From a virus: a stretch of 64,000 nt of DNA. The DNA is taken from positions 26,157 through 90,156 of the IMG/VR virus record IMGVR_UViG_3300020119_000126, one strand, 5' to 3'. Made by a program: the position numbers and the translations under genes. Below the pieces are notes generated by a model that saw only the letters and a list, made by a program, of their open reading frames with translations, made no database searches and was not told where the DNA came from. Every line of letters begins with the position of its first letter. Within the stretch, counting starts at the first letter, position 1. Below, piece by piece: positions 8,493 to 21,200 of this stretch.

Positions 8493-10498
8493 GGATGGAC
8501 ACCTCCAATGTCATAACGTTCAGTCAGATCAGCAATGGCATTGCAGATAAAATGGCCTAAACCACCAGGGTCAAGGGCAATCTGAGTAGCAAAGCCGTCA
8601 AAGGTAACATTGAGATTGGTGTCTGGCATGATTCCTACATCGGGATTAGTCGGCCAGCCATTTAGCCGTGAGGCGAAATTGGCAAAGAAGTCATTACCGC
8701 CAACAGTGGCCTTGGCCCAGGTCTGTCCACCATCGGAAGTGCGCTGTACACTGCCGCTACTATATCTGATGTTGATATAATCACCATTGACGGTCAGGCT
8801 GTTGATAGAGCGAGAACGTCCTACCGTATTGCCAAAAGGTTCAGGAGAATAAAGCTGGTGCCATGTCCCATTGGCATCAAGGAATTGGTGATGATACGGA
8901 GTGCCGTTGTCATACCCTAGAACCATCACGGTCTTTTCGGCAGTATTAGGCGTTCCGCCACTAAGGGTATAAGGAATATTGATCGCCCACCAGGGTATAG
9001 ACGTATAGCTAGGGCCAGACGGGACTGCCCTGGTGGAAAAGGTTTGGCCGCCATCAAAGGATTCGCCTACAACGCCCCCATAAGAGCTAACGACAACATG
9101 TATATTGGTCCAGTTAGTAGCCCGCTGACCGATAGACAGGTCACATGGATAACCTGTGGGAAGGGCCGTGCGATGGATAGTAGCGAAATTATCGTAGGTA
9201 TAAACGAAGTGAGTGCTGACACCAGTTTCCAGCCAGCAGAAATAACCTTCCCAGTTGATACTGGCTGTGATGTCACCGAAATTACCCCAATCAGGATACT
9301 GGTGATGGCAACACCAGCGGTTATTCGTTAATGGCGTATGGGAAGTTAGCACCCATGAATTAGTGTGGACGTTGCTATTTATGGCTATACCCTGATCGCC
9401 TAGCATAATGAAGCGGTGCAGATGATAGGGGTCAGCCACAAAATCAAACTGCGGTTCTGCAAATCCAGTTTTAAGAGCGTTCTGGATCGTGCTCCCAGGA
9501 CTGAGGTCTGTCCATGATGGACTTCCTAATGCACCAGAACCATAGAAGAAGTAGCCCAATGAATCTACTGTGTAATAGCGTGAAGGCTTGAAACTATCCA
9601 TCGGCCCCCAGGCTGAAGGCGCAGCAATAGAGATAATCGGCCCTGGGTCAGTAATGTCACCTGTGTCTTCGTCTGAATAAGCGCAAATAATATAACCGAC
9701 ATAACCTTGCAGCATGGCGGTAGAAGTATGGCCGACGATATAGGTATAAGACGGGTTGTATCGAGCACCGATAGCACTATAGAGAATAGTGCTCTCATAA
9801 ATCTTGATGGTCGCGCCCTTGAACTCGACCCGAATACCAATAGTGAGAGCATTATCAGAGCGGTCAGTGAAGTCTGTGGTTGGCGTGAACGAGGCGCGAA
9901 TACTATCTACACCACTATTGCGCTCGACCAGTTCAATCTTGCCTGACCAATAGTTGTACCAGACTGCCCAAAAGTTATCCTTATCCTGCGCCCGAATAAG
10001 CACGCCACCAAAGGTAGGGCTATCCGAGGCATTGGTTCCACCAAAGCTGGTAGGCGTGGGCAGGTCAAAGATTGCTGCGGCATGACCATCCTGCACTCGT
10101 CCTGAGCCAGTCGTATGAAAGCCAATGCTCTCACGATACTTGGGTTTGGCAACAAGCGCATTATTCTCAGTAGTAAAGACGCCTTTGACCGTGTCAGTAT
10201 GGGCTAAACCAGAGTCAGTCTCGCCATTGATATTAGTAAAAGTGTCCAGGGCAGCCAGTTGGTTGTCCCATTGTTCAGCATGAGCACTTTCAATGCGGTC
10301 AGTTAACCAGGCCAGACGGTCACGAGTAGTAATCTGGATATTCTCAGATAGAGACTGACCATTACCTCTGACCTCTGGTCCAAGACTATCAATCTCCTCA
10401 ATAGAAACCTGCACAGTGCCAAACTTGGCAATCAGGGTATAGACCCCTGGGTTAATAAAGAATGAAGTCCAGAGAGCCTGGTCACGATTATCCAGCAC
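8489..10498 (-). CDS. Tail tip protein, C-terminal part, with Asp-box (BNR) repeats (in frame with 10505..11743 across one TAA)
   Basis: 'SFDGGQTF' and 'TSDGGQTW' Asp-boxes; GTG start has no SD. Confidence 0.65.
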   Translation of the reverse strand: MLDNRDQALWTSFFINPGVYTLIAKFGTVQVSIEEIDSLGPEVRGNGQSLSENIQITTRDRLAWLTDRIESAHAEQWDNQLAALDTFTNINGETDSGLAHTDTVKGVFTTENNALVAKPKYRESIGFHTTGSGRVQDGHAAAIFDLPTPTSFGGTNASDSPTFGGVLIRAQDKDNFWAVWYNYWSGKIELVERNSGVDSIRASFTPTTDFTDRSDNALTIGIRVEFKGATIKIYESTILYSAIGARYNPSYTYIVGHTSTAMLQGYVGYIICAYSDEDTGDITDPGPIISIAAPSAWGPMDSFKPSRYYTVDSLGYFFYGSGALGSPSWTDLSPGSTIQNALKTGFAEPQFDFVADPYHLHRFIMLGDQGIAINSNVHTNSWVLTSHTPLTNNRWCCHHQYPDWGNFGDITASINWEGYFCWLETGVSTHFVYTYDNFATIHRTALPTGYPCDLSIGQRATNWTNIHVVVSSYGGVVGESFDGGQTFSTRAVPSGPSYTSIPWWAINIPYTLSGGTPNTAEKTVMVLGYDNGTPYHHQFLDANGTWHQLYSPEPFGNTVGRSRSINSLTVNGDYINIRYSSGSVQRTSDGGQTWAKATVGGNDFFANFASRLNGWPTNPDVGIMPDTNLNVTFDGFATQIALDPGGLGHFICNAIADLTERYDIGGVHP

Positions 10499-10504
10499 GA
10501 TGTT

Positions 10505-11743
10505 TTATGAACGAGCACTATTGATGCTAGACGTATAAGACAAGACCCGGCTGGTCAGGTCCATGGTGAGGGCTTCAGGCGTATTATAGAATTCCAGGCA
10601 GCCCTCTGAGCTAACTAAAGCCGTTGGAGTTGCCAGGTAAAGCTTCTCACCTGACCTGACAATGGCAGCAGAGTCAGTGAAGTCACCATCCCCATCAGTG
10701 TCTACATCCAGGGGAATAATCTGCTCACTTGACCAATGTTTGCCATCGCGTGAGGAGTAATAGGATGCCACCCTGTAGCCATAGCTGGTATCTACTTCAT
10801 TACGGTCACCTTCAAAGCCGACGCTGGTTACCCATAGGGTGTCATGAGAGTTCGGCACGCCGAATATTGAGTTCGTGCCCATAATCTTGGCTGAAGTGCG
10901 ACACTGAATAGCCAAATCCCACTCGTCAAAAACCTGAACAGGATACCAGCGTGAAGTCTGAGCCAGACGCGAGTCCTGTGGTGGACGAATAATGAAGCTA
11001 ATCAAGCCACCTGCGGGCACTGCCTGTTTAACAGGTAATCCTGCCACTGTCTTATAGGTATAAGTCGATGGCAGCATGGCTGACATGACAATGCAATGCC
11101 TGACCTCGGTTGTGGTATGGTCACCTGTCGTATCATCAGCTTTAGCCGTGAAGTCAATAGCATCCATCTCAAAGATGGTATTGGCCCAGGTCAAGTTCAG
11201 GTCATATTGATCCGTGGTATCTGCTGCAATAAGCGTATAAGTACCATTTACATCGGTAGTTATGACATAAAGCAGAGGAATAGTGCCGACGACCACACTA
11301 AAAAAGGCAGGTTGAACAAAGTTCACTGAGGAATAACTCGTGTTAGTGCCCCAGGTCAAACCATCTAATGAGGTAGCCCGATAGACATAACCCAGGCTAT
11401 TGATGGCATACACTTCCCAGGTCGAGCCATTCTTGATGACCTTGGGTTGGATACCAGGATACTGGTCAGTGTCAATTAGCTCTGGCGAAGCCCAGGAGCC
11501 ACTGACATAAGCCTCGCAATACAGACTGAGTGTTGCCTGATCAATATAGGCCCGAACCAGGGTAGTGTCATCAGCGTCAATTGAGAACTGGGTAGTCACA
11601 TCTCGACTGATCCGACTCAGATAGGTATCAAAGGAAGGATTTTGACGTTGGACCGTGAGTTCTGGCACAATATTGGCTGTAGCAGCCAAAAGCGCGTTGT
11701 AGTCATCTGAAGAAAGGCCAGACTCAGCTTGAGTGATGGTCAT
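10505..11743 (-). CDS. Tail tip protein, N-terminal part (beta-propeller/Asp-box)
   Basis: 'SLDGLTW' and 'SRDGKHW' Asp-boxes; second gene after the tape measure. Confidence 0.65.
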   Translation of the reverse strand: MTITQAESGLSSDDYNALLAATANIVPELTVQRQNPSFDTYLSRISRDVTTQFSIDADDTTLVRAYIDQATLSLYCEAYVSGSWASPELIDTDQYPGIQPKVIKNGSTWEVYAINSLGYVYRATSLDGLTWGTNTSYSSVNFVQPAFFSVVVGTIPLLYVITTDVNGTYTLIAADTTDQYDLNLTWANTIFEMDAIDFTAKADDTTGDHTTTEVRHCIVMSAMLPSTYTYKTVAGLPVKQAVPAGGLISFIIRPPQDSRLAQTSRWYPVQVFDEWDLAIQCRTSAKIMGTNSIFGVPNSHDTLWVTSVGFEGDRNEVDTSYGYRVASYYSSRDGKHWSSEQIIPLDVDTDGDGDFTDSAAIVRSGEKLYLATPTALVSSEGCLEFYNTPEALTMDLTSRVLSYTSSINSARS

Positions 11744-12219
11744 ATAGCTCCTACCGTATTCATATCGACGAAGGCCAGATTGACGATTTGATATTGCAGC
11801 ATTGGGTCAAGGTTACTGTCATAGCTCATGTCGTCGAAGAAGTAGATTTTTACAAATGAGGTGTGGCTGACCGTATCCTCACAGTGGTAGTTATCTACCA
11901 GAAACACCCGGCGCTTGAGCAAATGAATGAGCAGGTCAAAGGTCTCCGGGTCAACACGGACCTCATAGCGCATATCCTTGAAGATGATGGGTTCGCCTGA
12001 TGATTTCAACACATGATCATGCGGCACGCCATTCAAAGCGCGTTCTAGACTTGACATGGTACTGAAGACTGGCAAGCGCTTTTGGACATGACCTATTCGA
12101 TAAGGTGGCTCACCATAGACGCCGAAGCCAGTAGGACTGGTAGACCATACACCAAGATGAAGATGATTGGTCAGGGTTTTAGGGGTATAGGAATATCCTG
12201 CTAACATTACTGGCTCCAT
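11740..12219 (-). CDS. Probable distal tail (Dit-like) protein
   Basis: 159-aa gene immediately after the tape measure; assignment is positional. Confidence 0.5.
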   Translation of the reverse strand: MEPVMLAGYSYTPKTLTNHLHLGVWSTSPTGFGVYGEPPYRIGHVQKRLPVFSTMSSLERALNGVPHDHVLKSSGEPIIFKDMRYEVRVDPETFDLLIHLLKRRVFLVDNYHCEDTVSHTSFVKIYFFDDMSYDSNLDPMLQYQIVNLAFVDMNTVGAI

Positions 12220-15200
12220 GTCTTGTCATACATATTGCTGATTGTGCTGATGGCCTTGCCCGGCTTGCTGTCTGGCACCATGATGATGGCATTAGCCCCC
12301 TCAGAATGAATAACCTTGAGCAAGTCACGAATTTCTTTGAGCAATTCAGTCTGCTCAGGTGACATCACCACAGGCGCACCTGCCTGGGGAATGACATATT
12401 CGCCCTTATGGACTGTACCTGCGGCCTGGTATTTACTGCCTGACCCGGTATAGCCACCCTCAGCAAAACCATGATAGCTTGTCGTCCCATCAGGATGGCT
12501 AACTGCGGTGATGCCCATCGGCTGCTGAGTAATGGTTGGGCTATTATAAGTTGACTGCACATGCCACTGACCATCAGCCCCAGCCACAAGAGCACCACCA
12601 CTAGGAACAACGGTTGCTCCACCTGTGCCAGCATAGCTACCACTACCAGAAGGCATAGGGGCTGAAGCTAATTGTTGAAGTTTGGCTGCCACATTGCCAA
12701 GAGTCGTTATTGCCCCTTGTCCAGTCGTTGAGACATACTGAAGGGCAGCCGCATTCTGGCTATAAAGCGTATTGGCCGCTGTGATTGATCCGGCCAGATC
12801 ATCGATAGCTCGTTTTTCAGCCTGATGGAAGGTCAGGCTTTGCTGAGCTTGAGTCAGTTCTTCCTGAGTAATCTGGCGGTTGAAACGGCGCTTCTCATCA
12901 TCAAGCTGGCGTTCTTCATGGGCAAACTCGATTTGCTTCTGGTAGTTCTGCTGCGCCAGTTGGAAGTTCTGGACCTGGAACTGCTTGTCCTGTTGGAAAT
13001 GCTGCTCATCACGCTTATATTGCTCGTCACCCCACTTAATCCTGGTCTTGGCCCGTTCTTCCTCGGTATCCAGATGGCCCATTTGCATGGAGTGTTGAAC
13101 CACAGCCTCATCACGATGCCGCATTGCCACCCGGCGTTCACGACCTCGCGAATAGCGCACGCTTTCATCAGCATCAATCATCGAGAAGCCAAAATTGACC
13201 TCGCTGACATTGCGCTGGAAAGCCATGTCTTGCAGGCCCCATTGCTGCTCAGACACCTGATGACTACGCTGAATCTGCATACTCTGCTGCTGGTAGTTCA
13301 GGTTATAGTTCATCTGCTGGCCTTGCAGCGCCATCTGCTGACCCTGGTACTGGAAGCCCCAGTCCTGCTGAGCACGCTGCTGAGCTACGCCACGATCCTC
13401 AAAGCCCCAGTTGGCCTGAGTCGAGCGTACCTGCCGATTAAGGTCAACCTGAGCCAGATTGAAGTCATATTCCCTGACCTTATATTGCTCGGCATTCATA
13501 GCCGTGGTCAGTTGGACCTGGTTCATGCTGCTCAGTTGGCTGCCACTATAGAGGCTGTTGCCTGTGACCATACGCTGACTTGAAGCGATACCAGCCCGCT
13601 GTGAAGCAATGTCACCAGTAATCCGCTCGTCATAACCCGCCTGCATCCCCAGTGAACCACCACGAGAGCCAGTCTGGACCAGGCGACGATTATTACCGAC
13701 CATGCCACGGTCAGCCGCAATGGAGTTAGCGATAGGATCACCACCTACTACAGCCATACCGAAGGCAAAGTCCTGACCACTGGCATTAGCAGCGAAGGAG
13801 TCGAAGGCTTGCATGGTGGCTGGATTAGCATTGCCATAGCGGGTATAACCAGCGTAAGTGTTGAAAGCGCCCTGTGCCTGGCGACCAATCCGATTAGCCA
13901 GTGCGTAGTCGCCCGATAATTCGGCACGCCGAACTCCCTGGAAGGCGGCTGAAGACTGGTCATTGAAGCCCAGGCCAGCATTAGCCATACCGCCGAACAT
14001 CTGTGCCCCTTGCAAGATGCCCTGTTGCTGCTCGGTGTTCAGACCCATGAAGGTCTGTTCATTCGTTGAGGTCAGACCAGTCTGCCGGGCAAAGGCGTTA
14101 TAGCTGCCTGCATAGGCAGTGGCTACTGTCAGGTTCTTGCCTGCGGTGCCTGTCATCCCATTCATCTGATTAATGGCATTGACCCGGTATTGGTACATTG
14201 CCGCATCATCTGAGGTACCCTTACCTGCCATCTGTGCCCTGGCCTGTGCTAACGCTTCAGGGTCAAGGCCGCGCATCTGCAAGGTGGCATAGCTCAAACC
14301 GATGTGATTGATGTCACCAGAGGATTGAGTCTGGTCAAAGGCATTGATATTATTGAGGTAGTTCCAACCTTGCTGCATATTCCCAGTGCTCATCTCGCCT
14401 GCATTCAGGACGTAGGAAGCACCCATATTGCCAGCCGATGTGGTGTCCATACCTCGACCCAGTTGAAGCTGGTTAGTCATACCAGCCTTCATGCCTGTTC
14501 GACCTAGTAAGCGCTGGAATTGAGCCGGGTCAGAGGTTCTGACACTGTTCAGGATATTGCCCCACAGGTCGCCCTTGGTAGAGTCGTTAAACTGTGACTG
14601 GTAGTCAATACCATACTGCGCCCAGGCACCAGACTGCTGGATACCACCCAGGATGTCGCGCATCGAGCCGGGATTGGCAGTGAACTGGTTGAGCAGGTCA
14701 AGAGGATTAACTATCTGCTGGCCTGCGGCATATTGCTGCTGCTGAGTAGACTGCGCCTGGCCTGAGAAGAAACCCAGTTGTTGCTGCTGAGCGATAGATA
14801 GTCCTGTGACTGCTGTAGCGGCTGTCTGGTAAGCTTTAGAGCCATAAGTGCTGGCTTGAGGACCGCCTTGAGCAAAAGCCACCCCACCCATGATGCCAGC
14901 CGCATCAAAGCCATACTGCTTACCTGCGGCAAACAGTTGGGCGACATTGCCAAAGTTGGCATAATCATTGCCTGCGGCTCCCCCACGCGCTCCACGACCA
15001 CGCAGTCTGTCTTCAGGAATGCCACCAAAGATAGCTTCAGCCTGTACCGTGCCAGCAAACTGAGCAGTGGCATCATATTGGCCGAGCAGTTCGCCGTGCT
15101 CTGAGATGTAGCCCTGCGTAATACGCTGCATCATCTCTGACCCGTACTTCGGTTTCCCATCAGGACCAATAGTGTAGAGGCCAGCATTCAGCGAACTACT

Positions 15201-18200
15201 CTGCATCCAGTTGCTTGCCAGACCAGTCTGACCACGTGAAGCAGATTGAGCAGCAAAGATAGCCGCATAGTCAGCCTGTTTTTGGTTAGGGTCAGCTAAG
15301 CCAGCCAGAACAGTGCCCACATTCTCAATGGGATGTGACCAGGCATCTGAACCAAGCAAATCCATCCGGGTGCTACGGTCTGTAGCTGCCGTATGGATCA
15401 TGCCTGCCACACCCAGGGCAGCCGCCGTACCACCAGCCACTAAACCAGCCGTAGGGCTTTTTGTGGCAAAACCCACACCCATGCCAGCAGCAAGAGCAGG
15501 GCCACCAATGGAAGCCAGTTCACCCAGGAAGCCGCCTGTGCCCACTTGAGCTAGACTGCCAACCAATGGCTGCCAGGTACCTTCGAACATCTTGCCGATA
15601 GATAGCTGCTGAGCTAACTGCGCATTGGAGATTTGAGTCCGAGCATCCTGGCGAGAGGTCGGCTGGTAGAGACTGCCCATACCAGCGGCTTGCAACTGCT
15701 GTATCTGACTAGTGTCAGTTTTGCCATAAAGTTCAGCCGCTTGCTGCAAGGGACCAACGGTCTCCTGCGCGATGTTGCGGAACATACGGTAGCCCATGAC
15801 TGAACTATTGAGGGTACTAAGGGCGGAACCACCCACTTCCCAGGCCAGGCGACCAAGACTGCCGTCCTGACCATACCAACCATTTGCCCGCGCCTCTTTA
15901 CGAGCGTTATAGCCTGACCTACCGCCAGCCATGAAGGGTGCCAGCTTCTCGCGGAAGTCAGGCTCCACATCCATATCGCCAAGGCCCTCGTACTTCTGCG
16001 CAAGCATCCGGTTATACAGACCACCACCACGGGCACCTGTGGCATCAGCACGGCCAAAAAGTCGGTCTTCAGTTCGAGCAAGACCACCAATAGCTTCGCC
16101 GTTCTGCCAGACATTAGCATGACGGTCAAGAACGGCTTGGGCCATCGCCCCACCTGCGCCGCCTTGCTTGACCATGTCTTCAGCATCGCGCAAAGTAGAG
16201 GTCAAGCTGGCATACATCTTGGCCGAGACATCGACGGACTTCATCTGTTCTTCAGTCAGGCGGCCTGTACTGGTTGAGGCTTTACCAGCCGCGTCACTCA
16301 GGCCCAGGAAGGACTTGGCAATATCAGTAAGGTTCTTGTTGACCCCATCCAACGAGCCAACCTGAGCTTGAAGTGTTGCCACAGACTGGTCAGTGCCAAA
16401 CTTACGCATCCCAGCCCGGTCATTCTCTGGAGTCTTGGCAACCCCAGCTTGCTGCTGGTTCTGCATGAACTGCTGCAAGAGAGCAGGATTGCCAGTCGCC
16501 TGACCATTAATGTCTGACCCGAACATCTGCTGGTAAGCACCATAAGCATCACCTGCATTGACATTAAGGCCAGTAATTGCCGCCGCCATAGGATCGTTAT
16601 TGCCACCAGCCTGAGAAGCCACCGCCAGCCCTGCGGATTTAAAGTAACCACGGAGAGAGTTGGCAATAGCCTTAAAGCGTTTACTCTGGTCAGTGCCAAG
16701 CTTGCCTTGACCCATGGCTGAGGTCAGAGTTGCTAGTTCAGCCTGTAGTGTGGCATGACCCCCTTGTGGCGCGAGAATGCCAGCAGCTTTTAGTGCAGCA
16801 TCGCGCTGACTCTCAGTCACCATCTTAGGTGGCTTATCTGATTTCTGACCGCTAGTAATTACCCCTTCAGCACGAGCCTCAAGACTGCCACCCTGGAACA
16901 TTGCGTCAAGGTTTTCGAAGGGTGTATTGATAGAGTCAGCCGGAACCGTCTGGCCTGACCCATAGTCATAGGCAGTACCAGTCTTCTCGTTAATATCATA
17001 CTGACTAGGGTCATGCTTCAGATAACCATAGTCATCGAGAATTTTCTCAGCCCAGCCATAGGTACGCTCACCTGTAGGGTCATCGGCTGACCCCCATTGT
17101 TCAGTTAGTGCGCCACGCTCCACAGCCAGGTTACGTGCTTCACGGTACAGATTTTTGTAAGCACCGAAGTCATTCTTCTTGGTCTCAGCCATCCATTGGC
17201 TGAAACGCGTGGAGCCGTCATAGCCATACTTTTGTTCAGCAACTTCCTGAGCAACACCCCAGGCAGCCCGGTGAGCAGTACGCCAGACCTGACCTGCCAT
17301 ACCCAGGCCCTTACCAACAGTCTTGATATATTTGCCTGTGCGCTTTAGTTCCCTAGCTTCCTCAAGACTTAATTGTGACTGACCCGCCAGAGTAGCTGCA
17401 CGAGCAAACCGACTGCTCATTGCTCCCTGAACTGAGTTAGGGTCATCAGTGTTAATATCGCCCATTGCCAGACCGCCCAAAGCAATAGTTGTTTTGTTCA
17501 ACATACTACGACCAGGCAGGTCAGGCGCTAAGCGTGTCCAGAAGGCATTGGCCTTACTATTAGGGAAGCCCGGACCACTGGGTGGCATTGCCATCGCTCC
17601 ACCAGCAACAGGCGGCATTGGAGGCACTGGTGGCATATTGCCAGCACCCGGAGGCATAGCCGCCGCCGAGGTCTGTTGACCCAGGATATTCGCCATCACG
17701 TCAGCCGTGGTGGTATTCGTGTCAAAGCCTTGCTGGAATGCAGCCCAGTCCATGTCCATATTGTTGCCTGCTTCTATTCCGAGTTCCGCTTGCATCGCCG
17801 CGATTGCTTCTGGCGAAGCATTGTTGGGCATATTGGAGAGCATAGGGATAGCGGGATGGTCAGGAGTTGAGCCATCCCACACTGTTGATTTACCGTCATG
17901 ACTTGTCGTGTAGAACGAAGCCGGACCTTGCGCAGCCGCGAACTGTTCCACAATGGGCTTGAGTTCAGAAGCCGCTTGAGCCAGCACCAGTGGCTCTGCC
18001 GTTGTCGTTTCTTTTCTATTCTTGGTAGCTGCATAAGCAGCCTGCATCGCTGAGATAACCTTCTTGCGACGGTCAGGGTTCTTACCTACCCAGGCTTTGA
18101 ACTTCCGGCCATCAGTGAAGTGCTCAGCGAACTCAGTCTCACTGACCCCGGCTCCCTTGAGATGATTGGCAAAAGTCTCAAAGTCCAAGAAGGCAGTGGT

Positions 18201-21200
18201 CGCTGAGGAAGCTCCGGTGCCCGCCATATATGCATTCAACTGCCGGGTGTGCCTGACCTGGTCTTCAGGGTCAGACATATCACTGAAGGTCAGGTTCCAA
18301 ACCGAGTTATTCTCCTGGTCATACCAGGCTGCCTGACCATTGACCCACACCCCGCCAATATTCAAGCCACCAGTGAACTTCTCACCAGAAGGATCAAAGT
18401 AAAGGGACTGTTTCTTGGAGCGGGCAATGCCATTCATCGTGCCAGGCTTCAAGCCAAGCACCTGCGCGGCAATCTCATGACCAAAGCCTGATGGGTCAGA
18501 CTGCCAGATAGGTGCGCCTGACTTAGATTTGCCCATCTTCTCTGACTGGAAGGGCACACGCAGTACGGTACGACCTACGGCACGAGCCAGTGAGACACCG
18601 CCCATTTCACCAGCACCAAGTAGAGTCTCCATGGCTGCTTCCGCAGTCAGGGCATAAGCTGGCACATGGAAGCGGGCATAAGACTCCTCAGAGTAAGGAG
18701 CGCGAGGCATCATCTGACCCCGGTCTACATTCATTCGTCCCGGTTGAGTAGGTGGAGCACCCATCCCAGCATTGAAACTAGCTGAGAATTCAGCCCAGTC
18801 ACCCGGATCAGGTGGCAGGTCAGCCGCCATAACCATAGGTTCCACAGGAGCCTTAGTCTGCATTCCTGTTAATGCCGTGGCAAAGGCGGTTGGAAATGCC
18901 TGACCTTTTGACCATGGCTGCTCAAAGAAAGTTGTGGCTGCGGTCTTGATTTGATCTATTTGCCGAGCAAAGACTGCTGAAAGTTCTTGAGCACTCTCAT
19001 AAAATAAATCGACATGTTCTTGAGACAGTTGGATAGGGTCAGTAATTAGCTGAGTCGTCAAAGCCCAGGTCATGATGTCACTACGATGAGACAAGGCTCG
19101 CGACTCAATGCCCGACACAGCCATTTCAGCCGCAACACCAGCTAGAAGCCGCTTGGCCTGAGCCTTGCGGTCACTGGTCACGGTAACAATAGCCGCACCT
19201 TTACGACTTAGCTCAGCATCACGCTCAGAACCAATGCTAATGCCCTCTAGACTGCCTGGGGTCAGGAATTCGGCTACTAGAGCATGACCTATCTCATGAA
19301 CGCCTGTGCTTAGTGCGCCAAGGATTGGATGCTCTGGACGAACTGGAAGCAATTCATGAAGCTTGTCTCGGAAGTCGAGATTTTTATATGATTCTTCGAT
19401 TTGCTCCCGATAGCGCTGGCGAGTGGCATCACTCAAGCGGTTGGGGTTAAGCGCCGCCGCTCTAATATTAGAGAAGTCAATTACATCTACTGGCGCAGTC
19501 GGTTCGGCAACATTCGGCATGCCGAAATCTTGCGGAGCCTTGCCAAAGTCCCAGGCTACACCCTTTGAGGTTGGTTTGCCTACCTTATTACGTAGGTCAA
19601 CTGCCCGCTGAGCATATTTTGCCAATGGATCATCAAAGGTTGACCCCTTGAGATGGACCAGTTGGGCAGCCCGCTGAATGGCTTCATTGCCTGCTTCACC
19701 AGTCGGGAAGAACTCCTTATTGTGGTAAAGTGCGTCCATCAGGTCAGTGGCAGACATCTCACCTGACCCATAGAGTCCACCAGTGCCAACGGCCAGTTCT
19801 AGCCGAGCCGCTTGAGCAGCAATCTCCCGGTAGCGGTCAGCCCGTTGTTGAGAACCAAAGCGCTCCTTGGTGAAGAAGGTCGCCACATCATAGGGTAGAT
19901 ACTCGCGTTGTTTCTCCTTGGTAGTGAAGTTCTGGCCGACTTCCTTAGTAATCTGGTTGAGGACCATCTTGCCTGTGAAGTACGAGGCAAAGGAATTACC
20001 CAGGGCAACCCCTGACCCTAGTAACTGGCTGATCTTGCCAGAGGCTGAGCTATCACCATTACGGAAATCTTCCACATGGCGAGTAACTTCAATTAAGGTC
20101 TTCTCATAACTATTTTGGTCAACCGGAACCATGAGCCGCGCAATGTCCTGCGCTGTCATGTTCTCCTTTTTATTGACCAGGAAAGCTTGAATAAGTTTAT
20201 TGGAGACACTACGGTCACTACTCAGGTTGGTATAGTCAACCTTACCCTTCAGATCAGGAAAGAAAGTGCCAAGACTCTCATTAGACAGCTTGAGTAGTTC
20301 CGCACCAGCCGGGTCAAGTGGTTTGGTGTCGAGCACCGTCTGATACTGGTAGGCACGAAAGTTCTCAGAGGCAGTTAGCGCCGCTTCATTATTGCCAAGG
20401 GTCTTATACCAGGCCCTCATGCCAAAGGTCATATTGAATATCTGACCCATCGCAGCTTTGGCTGTGGCAGTATCCTGCGTACCCTGACCAAGCACATTGA
20501 TTGCGGCTGTGGCTGAGTTCTGCTTATTGGCAATGGTATTGGCGATACCAGAGATGGTCAGGCCGCCATAGTCCGTGTTCTGAATTTCAAGCCAGGTTCC
20601 GGCCTGACCCGCTGGATGATTAGGATCAAGAGAGGCAGCCAAAATTTCGGCATGAGGCGTAGGCCGCTGGATACTGACCAGCTTGCCATCACGCAGCGTA
20701 ACCATAGCTGGACCAATGGTTGTGGTATCTTTGTCGAAGTCACCGCCCTGCTTGAACTGGTCAAGAGGTGAAATCATCAACTGGTCTTCGTTGAATTCCA
20801 TGTCGCTCAGACCAAGCCGACGACTTAAGCCCTCACTCATAATTGAGGTATAGCTGGCCTGCTTCAAGGTCATATGAGGTGACCTGAAGATAGGCGCAAC
20901 GGGCAGAATGCCTGCATCCAAAGCACCGACCAGACCTACCTGATGCACTGCCCCCAGGAACTCATGTTCCTTGGCTTTGATAAGGTTAGTAAGGTCTTGC
21001 TCAGACAGGTCATGACCAAGTTCTTTCAGGTTGGCCTTGATGTACTCCCGGTAGCGATGACTGCTCATTCCAGCCAGGCCAGCCGTCATCATCGGGTCAC
21101 CACCCACTGGCAAATGGGCTGCCGCATCACCACGACGACCAATGACTGAGTCGCGAGTTGCCTCTCGACTAGCCAGCTTGGAGACTGCCTCAACTGCACC

